From Pelagibacteraceae bacterium AG-337-G06 (GTDB lineage: Bacteria; Pseudomonadota; Alphaproteobacteria; Pelagibacterales; AG-422-B15): DNA of 64,000 nucleotides. The stretch is from positions 96,615 to 160,614 of the forward strand of contig QBZX01000001.1 in the NCBI GenBank assembly GCA_003282175.1, in the 5' to 3' direction. Below, in pieces: positions 1-10,242 of this stretch. The notes below the pieces were generated by a model. That model was given only the letters and a program-made list of their open reading frames with translations, was not told where the DNA came from and ran no database searches. The number at the start of each line of letters is the position of its first letter. The first letter of the stretch is position 1. A program made the translations under genes and the position numbers.

Positions 1-3000
1 CAAATGAATTAAATAGATATTTAAAAAATAAAAAAAATCTAGAAGATGCTTTTCTTTATAATCCTTTACATGAACATGACTCTTGTGGTGTAGGTTTTGT
101 AGCCTCTACAGATGGAAAACAAAGACGTGAAGTTGTTCAAGGGGGGATTGATGCCCTTAAGGCTGTGTGGCATCGGGGTGCCGTTGATGCCGACGGAAAG
201 ACTGGTGACGGGGCGGGCATACTTACCCAGATACCGTATAATTTTTTTGACGATGAGATAGCTAAGACAGGTCATGAAAAAAGAGGTGATCCTCTTGGGA
301 TTGGTATGATGTTTCTTCCAAGAAATGATTATGTGGCTCTCGAAAAATGTAGAACTATTATTGAGTCAGAATTGTTAGATCATGGTTATTACATCTATGG
401 TTGGAGGCAGGTTCCTATAAATAATAGTGTAATCGGTGAAAAAGCAAACTCTACTCGCCCTGAGATTGAACAGGTCATGTTCGTAAATAATATAGATAGA
501 GATAAAGACTTTGATTTTGCAAAAGAGTTATATCTTGTGAGAAGAAGACTTGAAAAAAGAATAGCTAAACAGCAAATTAATGGTTTTTATGTATGCTCAT
601 TGAGTTTCGAGTCAATTATTTACAAAGGACTTTTCTTAGCCGAACAACTATCAATTTTCTATCCTGACTTGGCGAATGAAGAATTTATTTCATCCTTTGC
701 TGTATTTCATCAGAGGTACTCGACAAATACTTTTCCATCTTGGGGCTTAGCACAACCTTTTAGAATGTTAGCTCATAACGGTGAAATTAATACAATATCA
801 GGAAATACTAATTGGATGAGGAATCACCAAACACGAATTACCACCGAAATTTTTGGAGATGACAGTGAGCAAGTTAAGCCAATTATTGAAAAAAACGTTT
901 CAGACTCTTCAGCTCTTGACGCAGCTTTTGAGTTGTATGTAAGAGCAGGAAGATCAGTCCCTCTTGTAAAAACCCTTTTAATACCTGAAGCCTGGTCAAA
1001 AAGAAGCGAACTTATGCCGATTAAGCACAGAAATATGTATGAATTTTCAAACGCCATAGTTGAACCTTGGGATGGTCCTGCAGCAATAGCAGCAGTTGAT
1101 GGAGATTGGATCGTTGGAGGTATGGACAGAAATGGATTAAGGCCTATGAGATTCTCAATTTCAAGAGATAATCTTATCTATGTAGGTTCTGAAACAGGAA
1201 TGGTGACAGTAGATGAATCTAAAATCGTTGAAAAAGGCAAACTAGGACCGGGTGAAATTATCGGTATTAATCTCAAAGAAGGTAAAATATTTAGAGACCA
1301 TGAAATGAAGGATCGTCTGGCATCTGAGGCACCATATGAAGAGTATGTAAAAAAAATAATACGATTAGATAAACGAGTTAAAATTTCAAAGGAAATAACC
1401 GTTACTGACCAAACTAAATTAAGAAAGAAAATGATTGCTGCAGGGTATACGATGGAAGAACTCGAACTCATTCTTCACCCAATGGTTTCGGATGCAAAAG
1501 AATCTACTGGCAGCATGGGCGATGATACACCAATAGCGGTATTGTCGGATAAGTACAGACCGTTGTCACACTTTTTTAGACAAAAATTTAGCCAAGTAAC
1601 AAATCCTCCTATTGATAGCCTAAGAGAGCAAAGTAGAATGAGTTTGAAAACGAGATTCGGAAACCTTCAAGATATTTTGAGTCCAAATCCATATGAAGAG
1701 AATGTTTTTGTAATAGATAGTCCTTTTATTACTAATGGCTTCTTTAAAAAAATTTCATCGCGCGGTCAACAGACAACAACAAGTATTGATTGCACTGTCG
1801 AAAAAAAGTCATTTGATTTAAAAAGAGAAATTAAGCGTATTCAATTAGAAGCTGAAACTGCAGTACTGAGTGGAAAGTCTCACATAGTCTTATCAGATAT
1901 TAATGCTGATGAAGAAAAAATCGCATTACCATTAATTCTCATTACTGCTGCAGTCCATACAGATCTTACTCGAAAAGGAATAAGATCTTTTGTTTCGTTA
2001 CATGTTAGATCCTCAGAATGTATTGATACTCATTACTTCGCAGTATTAATTGGCGTTGGGGCAACAACTGTAAATCCTTATTTGGCGCAAGACTGTATCT
2101 ATGAGAGGCACCAGAAAGGGTTATTTGGCGACATGTCCTATGAAGAATGTGTTGATCGATATAAAAAGGCCATCGATCAAGGACTACTGAAGGTAATGTC
2201 TAAGCTGGGCATATCAGTCATTAGCGCGTATAGAGGAGGTTTTAATTTTGAAGCAGTAGGTCTAAGTCGTTCTACAGTAAATGAATATTTTCTTGGTGTG
2301 CAAAGCCGTATGTCAGGAATAGGTCTTACTGGGATAGAGAAAAAGCTCACTGAATTGCATGATTATGCTTATTCAGACACTATTCAAACACTTCCTATAG
2401 GTGGAATATATCGATATAGAAGTGGAGGGGAAACTCATGCTTATGAAGGTAAATTAATACACCTTCTTCAAACGGCAGTGACTGAGGACTCTTATGATAT
2501 GTATAAAAAGTACTCTAGCTCAATGGGGAATTTTGCGCCAATCAATATAAGAGATCTTCTTGAATTTAAAGAAGCAGAAAATGATTTAAATCTCTCTGAA
2601 GTTGAGTCTATTACATCAATTAGAAAAAGGTTTGGAACAGGAAGCATGTCCCATGGTGCTTTGTCAAAAGAAGCCCATGAAACGCTTGCAATTGCAATGA
2701 ATAGAATTGGAGGAGCGTCTTGTTCGGGTGAAGGCGGTGAGTCGATTGAACGATCATATCCACTTGAGAACGGAGATAGTGCCAACTCTAGAGTTAAGCA
2801 AGTAGCCTCTGCAAGGTTTGGGGTGACCACAGAATATCTTAACAATTGTGAAGAAATTGAAATTAAGATCGCACAAGGTGCAAAGCCTGGAGAGGGAGGC
2901 CAATTACCAGGTTTTAAAGTCACAGCGGAAATTGCTAAATTAAGACATTCAACTCAAGGAGTAACTTTAATTAGCCCTCCTCCACATCACGATATCTACT

Positions 3001-4517
3001 CTATAGAAGATCTTGCACAGCTAATTTATGACTTGAAACAAGTAAACTCAAATGCAAGGGTATGTGTAAAATTAGTTGCTTCTTCTGGAATAGGAACAAT
3101 TGCTGCGGGTGTTGCTAAGGCAAAAGCTGATGTAATTCTAATTTCTGGTCACAATGGGGGCACTGGAGCGAGCCCACAAACAAGCATAAAATATGCAGGC
3201 ATTCCCTGGGAAATGGGCCTGACCGAAGTAAATCAAGTTCTGACATTAAATGGCTTGCGTCAGAACGTAGTACTTCGAACAGATGGTGGGATTAAGACTG
3301 GTCGAGATGTAGTAATCGCTGCGATGATGGGAGCTGAAGAGTTTGGAGTTGGCACAACATCTTTGGTGGCTATGGGATGTATTATGGTCAGGCAATGCCA
3401 TTCAAACACATGTCCAGTAGGTGTTTGTACGCAAGATGATGATTTGAGAGCGAGATTTTCAGGCAGTCCCGAAAAAGTGGTTAATTTGTTTAGCTTTATA
3501 GCAGAAGAAGTCAGAGAAATTTTAGCTGACTTAGGCGTGAAAAGTTTAAATCATGTTATCGGAAGAACAGATTTATTGTATCAAATATCAAGGGGATCAA
3601 CTCATTTAGATGATTTAGATTTGAATTCACTTTTAATTCAAGCTGAGAAGGATCCAGATGTTGAGTACTTCAACCACTCTACAATTAATGACGTAGGCTC
3701 TACGCTTGATGAAAAAATTGTTCAAGATGCCTCAAAATTTTTACAGACCGGACAGAAAACTGAATTAAATTATCCAATTAAAAATACTGATAGAGCGGTA
3801 GGTACTAGATTATCATCAACTATTTACCGAACATTCAAAAATACTGAAGTTAATAAGGAGCACTTGACTATCAATCTCACAGGATCAGCTGGACAATCAC
3901 TTGGCGCTTTTGGAATTAAAGGATTAAAAATAAACCTCTTTGGGGATTCAAACGACTATGTTGGAAAAGGCTTATCAGGAGCTACAATTTCAATTAGGCC
4001 TCACAAAAATAGTTCTTTAATTAGTAACGAAAATACAATCATTGGAAATACTGTGCTGTACGGCGCAACGTCTGGTGAATTATATGCGGCCGGTGAAGCA
4101 GGTGAAAGGTTTGCTGTTAGAAACTCAGGTGCAACAACTGTAGTGGAAGGATGTGGTTCAAATGGATGCGAATACATGACTGGTGGTACTGTTGTAATAT
4201 TAGGAAAAACAGGAGATAACTTTGGGGCCGGAATGACTGGTGGCATGGCGTTTATATATGATGAGGACCAAAATTTTAATTTAAGAGTAAATCCTGACAC
4301 TTTAATCTTTGATACAATTTCCTCGGATTATTGGACAAATGAGCTTTACCAAATTATTCTTAATCACCATCAAAATACATTAAGTTTGCATGCCAAAAAC
4401 ATATTAGATAACTGGGAAACAGAAAAATTAAAATTCATTCATGTATGTCCAAAAGAGATAGCCAACATATTAGTTCAACCTCTGGGTTTCGAAAAAAAAT
4501 TGAAGCAGGTCAATTAA
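1..4517 (+). CDS. gltB: Glutamate synthase large subunit (5' end outside window)
   Basis: Frame 3 is open from nt 3 with no ATG or stop before 165. 'LYNPLHEHDSCGVGFVA' (nt ~57-110) is the Ntn-amidotransferase Cys1 region. The FMN/Fe-S central domain and the C-terminal GXGXG beta-helix domain follow. The GVG 165 'start' in the ORF track is internal. Confidence 0.95.
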   Translation, partial: NELNRYLKNKKNLEDAFLYNPLHEHDSCGVGFVASTDGKQRREVVQGGIDALKAVWHRGAVDADGKTGDGAGILTQIPYNFFDDEIAKTGHEKRGDPLGIGMMFLPRNDYVALEKCRTIIESELLDHGYYIYGWRQVPINNSVIGEKANSTRPEIEQVMFVNNIDRDKDFDFAKELYLVRRRLEKRIAKQQINGFYVCSLSFESIIYKGLFLAEQLSIFYPDLANEEFISSFAVFHQRYSTNTFPSWGLAQPFRMLAHNGEINTISGNTNWMRNHQTRITTEIFGDDSEQVKPIIEKNVSDSSALDAAFELYVRAGRSVPLVKTLLIPEAWSKRSELMPIKHRNMYEFSNAIVEPWDGPAAIAAVDGDWIVGGMDRNGLRPMRFSISRDNLIYVGSETGMVTVDESKIVEKGKLGPGEIIGINLKEGKIFRDHEMKDRLASEAPYEEYVKKIIRLDKRVKISKEITVTDQTKLRKKMIAAGYTMEELELILHPMVSDAKESTGSMGDDTPIAVLSDKYRPLSHFFRQKFSQVTNPPIDSLREQSRMSLKTRFGNLQDILSPNPYEENVFVIDSPFITNGFFKKISSRGQQTTTSIDCTVEKKSFDLKREIKRIQLEAETAVLSGKSHIVLSDINADEEKIALPLILITAAVHTDLTRKGIRSFVSLHVRSSECIDTHYFAVLIGVGATTVNPYLAQDCIYERHQKGLFGDMSYEECVDRYKKAIDQGLLKVMSKLGISVISAYRGGFNFEAVGLSRSTVNEYFLGVQSRMSGIGLTGIEKKLTELHDYAYSDTIQTLPIGGIYRYRSGGETHAYEGKLIHLLQTAVTEDSYDMYKKYSSSMGNFAPINIRDLLEFKEAENDLNLSEVESITSIRKRFGTGSMSHGALSKEAHETLAIAMNRIGGASCSGEGGESIERSYPLENGDSANSRVKQVASARFGVTTEYLNNCEEIEIKIAQGAKPGEGGQLPGFKVTAEIAKLRHSTQGVTLISPPPHHDIYSIEDLAQLIYDLKQVNSNARVCVKLVASSGIGTIAAGVAKAKADVILISGHNGGTGASPQTSIKYAGIPWEMGLTEVNQVLTLNGLRQNVVLRTDGGIKTGRDVVIAAMMGAEEFGVGTTSLVAMGCIMVRQCHSNTCPVGVCTQDDDLRARFSGSPEKVVNLFSFIAEEVREILADLGVKSLNHVIGRTDLLYQISRGSTHLDDLDLNSLLIQAEKDPDVEYFNHSTINDVGSTLDEKIVQDASKFLQTGQKTELNYPIKNTDRAVGTRLSSTIYRTFKNTEVNKEHLTINLTGSAGQSLGAFGIKGLKINLFGDSNDYVGKGLSGATISIRPHKNSSLISNENTIIGNTVLYGATSGELYAAGEAGERFAVRNSGATTVVEGCGSNGCEYMTGGTVVILGKTGDNFGAGMTGGMAFIYDEDQNFNLRVNPDTLIFDTISSDYWTNELYQIILNHHQNTLSLHAKNILDNWETEKLKFIHVCPKEIANILVQPLGFEKKLKQVN

Positions 4518-5629
4518 TTACAGAGAGTAATAATAAAAAACTTGACCAATTAATTAAAGAAAATGGTTTTGATGTTTTTGGAGTTATACCAGTAAGCTTT
4601 AAATTAGATTTTAAAAAACAGCTTAATGAATTTTTAGATAACAACCATCATGGTGATATGAAATGGATGTATGAAAGATCGCATCTGAGATCTAATCCAA
4701 AATCACTTTGGGACAAAGCAAAATCAATAATAGTACTTGGGGTAAATTATAATTTTAACTGTAATTCACTTGAGCTTCTATCAAATAAGGAAAAAGGAAT
4801 TGTATCAGTATATTCAAGAAATAACGACTATCATAAAATTATCAAAAAAAACTTAAAACAGTTATCAGTAAAAATTTCAGACTCGTATGATTGTGATTAT
4901 AAATACTTCATTGATACAGCGCCAGTAATGGAAAAACCTATAGGTATGTTAGGAGGGATTGGTTGGCAAGGAAAGCACACAAATCTAGTTTCAAAAGACT
5001 TTGGATCATGGCTGTTCCTCTCAACAATATTTGTCGATAAAGAAATTGTATTTTCAGAACCCGAGGTAAATCATTGTGGCTCCTGTTCGGATTGTATAGA
5101 CATATGTCCTACTGGGGCAATAATTGAACCTTATAAGCTAGATGCAAGAAAATGCATTTCCTATCTCACCATAGAACATAAAGGTAATATAGATAAAAAT
5201 TTGAGATCTCTAATAGGAAATAGAATTTATGGATGTGATGACTGTTTAGCTGTGTGCCCATGGAATAAATTTGCCAAATTATCTAATGAAAAAAATTTTC
5301 ATCCTAAAGCAGAACTAATGGAACCTGATCTCAAATCCTTTATCAAACTTGATGATGCACAATTTAGAGAGAAATTTAGTGGATCAAGTATAAAAAGGAT
5401 TGGAAGGGATCGATTTATTAGAAATGTATTGATTGCAATGGGAAATAGTAAAAATAAGGTTTTTATTGAGGATATAAAAGACCTTCTTCATGACGAGTCA
5501 AGCTTAGTTAGGTCAATGGCCGTGTGGGCTCTTAAACAAATAGCAGATACTTATGATTTCAATAATTTCAGAAAAGAGCATATATCTTTAGAGGTAGATA
5601 AAGATGTAAAAGCAGAATGGTTAGATTAG
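4445..5629 (+). CDS. queG: Epoxyqueuosine reductase
   Basis: Two 4Fe-4S motifs (CGSCSDCIDICPTGA, CDDCLAVCPWN), 'DARKCISYLTIE' and a HEAT-like C-terminus. ATG 4445 gives a 73-nt overlap with gltB, so the true start may be later and is uncertain. Confidence 0.85.
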   Translation: MSKRDSQHISSTSGFRKKIEAGQLITESNNKKLDQLIKENGFDVFGVIPVSFKLDFKKQLNEFLDNNHHGDMKWMYERSHLRSNPKSLWDKAKSIIVLGVNYNFNCNSLELLSNKEKGIVSVYSRNNDYHKIIKKNLKQLSVKISDSYDCDYKYFIDTAPVMEKPIGMLGGIGWQGKHTNLVSKDFGSWLFLSTIFVDKEIVFSEPEVNHCGSCSDCIDICPTGAIIEPYKLDARKCISYLTIEHKGNIDKNLRSLIGNRIYGCDDCLAVCPWNKFAKLSNEKNFHPKAELMEPDLKSFIKLDDAQFREKFSGSSIKRIGRDRFIRNVLIAMGNSKNKVFIEDIKDLLHDESSLVRSMAVWALKQIADTYDFNNFRKEHISLEVDKDVKAEWLD

Positions 5630-5633
5630 CATC

Positions 5634-6476
5634 ATGATGTTTATTTATGGATATGGTTATACTTCTCAACATTTGTGTAAGCTATTAATTAGTAACAAGA
5701 TAATTGCAACTTCTCGGAATTGTGAAAAGAAAAAATCAATCAATGATAATATTGAACTTATTGCACCAAGCGAATCAAATTTAATAATAAAGGAACACAG
5801 TGATAAAATAACCCATCTATTGATTTCAGTCCCACCCAGTGATGATGGGGATCTGTTTTTAAATAATTTTAATAAAGATTTACAATCTCTTAAAAATTTA
5901 AAGTGGGTTGGATATTTATCAGCTACAAGTGTGTATGGAGATCATAAAGGTGAATTTGTAAATGAGAACTCTGAACTTCTTACAAAGTTTACTAGAGGTA
6001 TCAATAGAAAACTTGCAGAAGATCAATGGATTGATATTTCAAATAAATATAATCTTCCTCTTCATATATTCAGGATTGCAGGCATATATGGACCACAAAG
6101 AAGCATTATAGATAGAATGAGTTCAGGAAATTTTATTAATGTAATTAAAGATAATCATTTTTTTTCGAGAATTTATATTGATGACTTGGTTAATATAATT
6201 AATGCTTCAATGAATAAACCAAATCCCATAAGTATTTACAATGTTGCTGATGATCTACCATCACCTCTAAATGATGTTGTTAGATATATATCTGAGAAAA
6301 CAGGAATAATAATTGATCGAGAAGTGCAATACTCAGAATTAAGTGAAGATGAAAAAAGAGAAAGTTTCTTCACTGAAAATAAAAAGATTAATAATAAACT
6401 AATAAAGGAGGAATTAGGCGTAATATTAAAGTATCCAACATATATTGAGGGCTATAATAAAATTATTAATTGTTAA
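5634..6476 (+). CDS. NAD(P)-binding epimerase/dehydratase-family (extended SDR) protein
   Basis: N-terminal degenerate Rossmann motif 'IYGYGYTS', plus 'LSATSVYGD' and 'RIAGIYGPQR' motifs typical of this family. Substrate unknown. Confidence 0.6.
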   Translation: MMFIYGYGYTSQHLCKLLISNKIIATSRNCEKKKSINDNIELIAPSESNLIIKEHSDKITHLLISVPPSDDGDLFLNNFNKDLQSLKNLKWVGYLSATSVYGDHKGEFVNENSELLTKFTRGINRKLAEDQWIDISNKYNLPLHIFRIAGIYGPQRSIIDRMSSGNFINVIKDNHFFSRIYIDDLVNIINASMNKPNPISIYNVADDLPSPLNDVVRYISEKTGIIIDREVQYSELSEDEKRESFFTENKKINNKLIKEELGVILKYPTYIEGYNKIINC

Positions 6477-6480
6477 TTTC

Positions 6481-7371
6481 TTAAATTCCAGAATTTGTTT
6501 CAACTTGTAAACGGCTTATTGCGATACCAATCACGACTAAAATAACCCCAATTAATAGTGAATATTTCAAAGGTTCATTCATCAACGCCCACCCGTAAAA
6601 TATTCCAAAAACAGGTATTAAATATGCAACTTGCATCATGAATGTGGTGCCTGCAGAGCGTATTAAAACTTGCCTTAAGCTAAAAGCTAAACCCGTAGGA
6701 ATAATTCCTAAATAAATAACGGCAGTTATTGCTGCAGTGTTTACTTCATAACTCATTGGCTGTGCATAAAAGAACATAAACGGAATAAGCCATATGCTTC
6801 CCCACGCTAGCGTATTCATCGTTACCATGTCGGACGGCAAGTCCGAGACTTTTCTGATAATTAAATTTGATACCACATATGAACAACCTGCAAGATATAT
6901 AGCAAGAGCACCAATAAAACTTGACATATCTGTAACAAAAACCTGCACACCTACAGCAAATACGACTCCTGAAAAGCCTATAATCGTTCCAATTGTTTTT
7001 CTCAAATTGAGTTTTTCATCTTCAGTAAAGTAGTGTGCGAGTACAAGAGCTAAGAAAGGATTTGCAGACATGATTATCACTCCAATATTACTTGGCAGCG
7101 ACATAAGCCCATATGGAATTAATGTAAATGGTATTGCTGCATTAAATAATCCTATGATTGCATAAGTAAATGAATTTTTTTGAAAGAGTTCTAAATTTCC
7201 TGAACGAAAAAGAACAGCCAATAATAATATTAAAGCACCAATAAATGTTCTAAAAAAACCAACTTCAATTGGGTTAAACATTAAATTGCAAAATTTTATT
7301 GCAACAAATGATGCGCCCCATACAGCACCAAGAAAGATTAGAAGAAAATAATTATTTAATGTGGAATTCAC
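6481..7371 (-). CDS. EamA/DMT-family transporter
   Basis: About 10 hydrophobic segments in a duplicated EamA-like arrangement, 296 aa. Confidence 0.8.
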   Translation of the reverse strand: MNSTLNNYFLLIFLGAVWGASFVAIKFCNLMFNPIEVGFFRTFIGALILLLAVLFRSGNLELFQKNSFTYAIIGLFNAAIPFTLIPYGLMSLPSNIGVIIMSANPFLALVLAHYFTEDEKLNLRKTIGTIIGFSGVVFAVGVQVFVTDMSSFIGALAIYLAGCSYVVSNLIIRKVSDLPSDMVTMNTLAWGSIWLIPFMFFYAQPMSYEVNTAAITAVIYLGIIPTGLAFSLRQVLIRSAGTTFMMQVAYLIPVFGIFYGWALMNEPLKYSLLIGVILVVIGIAISRLQVETNSGI

Positions 7372-8117
7372 AGAGCTAACTCTGTGATTGTTTGGAATAA
7401 TATTTTTAGATCCTGATCTCTAGACAAACTATGATCACCATCTTCAATTATTTTCAATTGTTTATTTTCACTTTCGATCTTATTAATAATTTTTTCAGAA
7501 GTCTCAAAACTTACAACTTGGTCTAGTCGCCCATGAAGCAATCTTATTGGACACTTTACTTTAATGGGCTCGTGTAATATCATATTTTTCTTGCCGTCTT
7601 CCAAGAATTTATAAGTTATCGTATAATCTTCTGAATACTTGTCCCAATTGATAATGATTTTTCCATCTTTTTTAATTTGAGTTTTTTGTTCTTCACTCAA
7701 TCTATTCCACTCTCCAACTACAAAGTCAGGAGCTGATGCGATGCCTATTAATCCATTGATCGTTAAAGGATTTCTCTTAGCTACTATTAAAGAAATCCAA
7801 CCTCCCATACTTGACCCAATAATTATATTAATCTTTGATTTACATAAATTGAAAATTTCATGAGCTTCACCAGACCACTTGCTAATACCCCCATCTTCAA
7901 ACTCACCAGTTGACGATCCATGACCTGAATAATCGAATCTTATGAAATTTAAATTATTCGTTTTACACCATGCACTTAAAGCAGTTGCTTTTGTTCCAGT
8001 CATACTGGAGCTATAGCCTCCAAAAAAAAATATTGAGATCTCTGAATTCTGATTCTCATGCAAATATGCAATTTGATCGTTTAGAGATGATTTATGATAT
8101 TTTATATTATTGAGCAT
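7368..8117 (-). CDS. Alpha/beta-fold hydrolase
   Basis: Nucleophile elbow 'GSSMGG', a C-terminal 'DGDHSL' His motif, 249 aa. Shares a 4-nt overlap with the downstream EamA gene. Confidence 0.75.
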   Translation of the reverse strand: MLNNIKYHKSSLNDQIAYLHENQNSEISIFFFGGYSSSMTGTKATALSAWCKTNNLNFIRFDYSGHGSSTGEFEDGGISKWSGEAHEIFNLCKSKINIIIGSSMGGWISLIVAKRNPLTINGLIGIASAPDFVVGEWNRLSEEQKTQIKKDGKIIINWDKYSEDYTITYKFLEDGKKNMILHEPIKVKCPIRLLHGRLDQVVSFETSEKIINKIESENKQLKIIEDGDHSLSRDQDLKILFQTITELAL

Positions 8118-8157
8118 AATGATTTACTATTAAGCATTTAACTATTAGAAATACTAT

Positions 8158-9294
8158 ATGCAATCAAAAATTTGTGTATTGCAAGTTATACCTAATCTTG
8201 ACGTTAGTGGAGCTTCGCAAGGTTGTGTAGATGTTGCAAATTATTTGACAGAAAAAAATTATAATTCCTACATTGCAACAAATTCAGGACAAAATATAAA
8301 GAAAGTTAGTGAACATGAAACTAAAGTCATAAAAGTTCCTGTACATTCAAAGAACCCTTTAATCATAATTTTGAATATCTTTAGGCTTGCAAGGATTATT
8401 AAATTATTTGGTATAAATATTCTTCATGTACGAAGTAGGGCGCCTGCTTGGAGTTCGTATTTTGCTTGTTTAATGACGCGCACTAAATATGTTTCTACTT
8501 TTCATGGAACCTATAATTTTAATAATATTTTGAAAAAATATTACAATTCAGTCATGCTAATGACTGATGGCACAATTGCGATTTCCAAATTTATATATAA
8601 CGAGATCAAGACCAAATATCAAAAAATGCCAAAAGTAATTAAAATAATTCCAAGAGGCATTGACTTAGAATTTTTCAATGTAGCATCTATAGATCAACAA
8701 ATCAAAAATGACATTTTAACAGAGTTTAAAATAAATAAAGATGCAATCAAAATAATGTTGCCTGGGAGAATGACAGAATGGAAAGGTCATTTACTATTAC
8801 TAAAAGCGTTTGAGCAAGTAAGACAACAAACTGAGAAAAAACTTGAATTATTAATGGTAGGGCCTGACGAGAATACTTCACTTAAAAAAAGATTAACGAC
8901 TTTTGTTCAAGAAAAAGATATTGAAGGTAATGTGCATTTTATCAGTGCAAGAAACGATATTAATAACTTTTACAGCATTGCAGATATAGTTGTCTCACCA
9001 TCTACAGATCCCGAGGCTTTTGGTAGAATTTCTGTTGAAGCGCAAGCAATGGGCAAATTTGTTATAGCCTCTAATCATGGGGGTTCAACTGAAACTATTA
9101 TTAATAATGAAACAGGTTACTTATTTAATAACGCCGATGAGAATGATTTATCTGCTAAAATATTAAAAGCAATTAATGAAGATAAACACTGCTCAGAAAC
9201 AGTTAGACAGGCATGTATAACGAATGTTCAAAAAAATTATTCAGATAAAAAAATGTGTGACTCAACTTTAAATTTTTATAATGAAATAATCTGA
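8158..9294 (+). CDS. Glycosyltransferase family 4 (LPS/cell-envelope)
   Basis: GT-B fold C-terminal signature 'PEAFGRISVEAQAMGKFVIASNHGGSTETI'. Confidence 0.8.
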   Translation: MQSKICVLQVIPNLDVSGASQGCVDVANYLTEKNYNSYIATNSGQNIKKVSEHETKVIKVPVHSKNPLIIILNIFRLARIIKLFGINILHVRSRAPAWSSYFACLMTRTKYVSTFHGTYNFNNILKKYYNSVMLMTDGTIAISKFIYNEIKTKYQKMPKVIKIIPRGIDLEFFNVASIDQQIKNDILTEFKINKDAIKIMLPGRMTEWKGHLLLLKAFEQVRQQTEKKLELLMVGPDENTSLKKRLTTFVQEKDIEGNVHFISARNDINNFYSIADIVVSPSTDPEAFGRISVEAQAMGKFVIASNHGGSTETIINNETGYLFNNADENDLSAKILKAINEDKHCSETVRQACITNVQKNYSDKKMCDSTLNFYNEII

Positions 9295-9297
9295 TAA

Positions 9298-10224
9298 ATG
9301 ACCAACAAAATTTTAGTGATAAAACACGGATCATTTGGTGATATTATACAAATTAATGGTTGCTTGAGAGATATACGAGAAAATTACAATGATAATGAAA
9401 TTTATATTCTTACTACACCTGCGTTTAGATCTTATTTTGAAAGATGTCCCTACATTGATAAAGTTATAGTTGATGAAAGAAAATCTATGTGGAGTATTTT
9501 TTATTTACTAAAGATTAGAGATGTAATTATAAACTTAAAATTTCAAAAAATATTTGATTTGCAAAATTCACGTAGAACAGAGTTCTATAGAAAATATTTA
9601 TCGAATTCGATTGAATGGATTTCTTCAAGAACAATATTAAATCCAAATGAAAGAAAAGAAGAGTTTGATAAAAAAAGTATACTTGAGAGATTTAACATTC
9701 AATTATCTAGGGCTAATGTGAATGTAAAATTTACACATAAACCTCAAGTTACATGGATGATTGATCAAGAATTTGCTATACCCTCATCAATAAAAAAAAA
9801 TTATATTACACTTTTTCCATTTTGCTCCATTAAGCATCGTCAGAAACTATGGCCTCATTACCAGGATTTAATTACTAAATTAAAAATAAAATATCCAGAC
9901 ATCGATATCATTATTGTTCCAGGGCCAGGAGAATATGAAAAAGCAAGAAATTATGACGTCAAAATATTAATGAACAACAAAGATCATACGAATTTCTTTC
10001 AATTATCGAAGATATTGGCTGGCTCAAAATATGTAATCTCAAACGATACTGGACCTGCACACCTTGCGGCCCATTTGGGCTGTAAAGGCTTAGCTATATT
10101 TGGAAGCCATACATCTCCTGAGAAAGTAAGCATTCAGACAGATAATTTTCATAGTATTTCCAGTAAAAATTTACATGAACTAACTCCTGACATGGTCATT
10201 GAGAAAATAGATTCTCATTTGTAG
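9298..10224 (+). CDS. Glycosyltransferase family 9 (heptosyltransferase-like)
   Basis: 'ILVIKHGSFGDIIQ' N-terminus and the 'ISNDTGPAHLAAHLG' motif typical of GT9. Confidence 0.7.
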   Translation: MTNKILVIKHGSFGDIIQINGCLRDIRENYNDNEIYILTTPAFRSYFERCPYIDKVIVDERKSMWSIFYLLKIRDVIINLKFQKIFDLQNSRRTEFYRKYLSNSIEWISSRTILNPNERKEEFDKKSILERFNIQLSRANVNVKFTHKPQVTWMIDQEFAIPSSIKKNYITLFPFCSIKHRQKLWPHYQDLITKLKIKYPDIDIIIVPGPGEYEKARNYDVKILMNNKDHTNFFQLSKILAGSKYVISNDTGPAHLAAHLGCKGLAIFGSHTSPEKVSIQTDNFHSISSKNLHELTPDMVIEKIDSHL

Positions 10225-10242
10225 ATAGATGATATAGTAGTT

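Noticed and set aside
824-4300. Antisense ORFs inside gltB (824-1057, 1178-1471, 2492-2923, 4001-4300).
   Set aside because: They lie wholly within a strongly supported 1,500-aa gene on the opposite strand and have low-complexity, Ser/Pro/Ile-rich translations. These are typical shadow ORFs. The same reasoning applies to the other internal or antisense ORFs in the track (for example 10658-10876, 15666-15941, 23583-23792, 26518-26850, 30120-31129, 36747-37024, 38730-39408, 40891-41339, 46053-46271, 49841-50188, 55184-55629, 57721-58314, 61053-61253, 62519-62815, 63597-63875).
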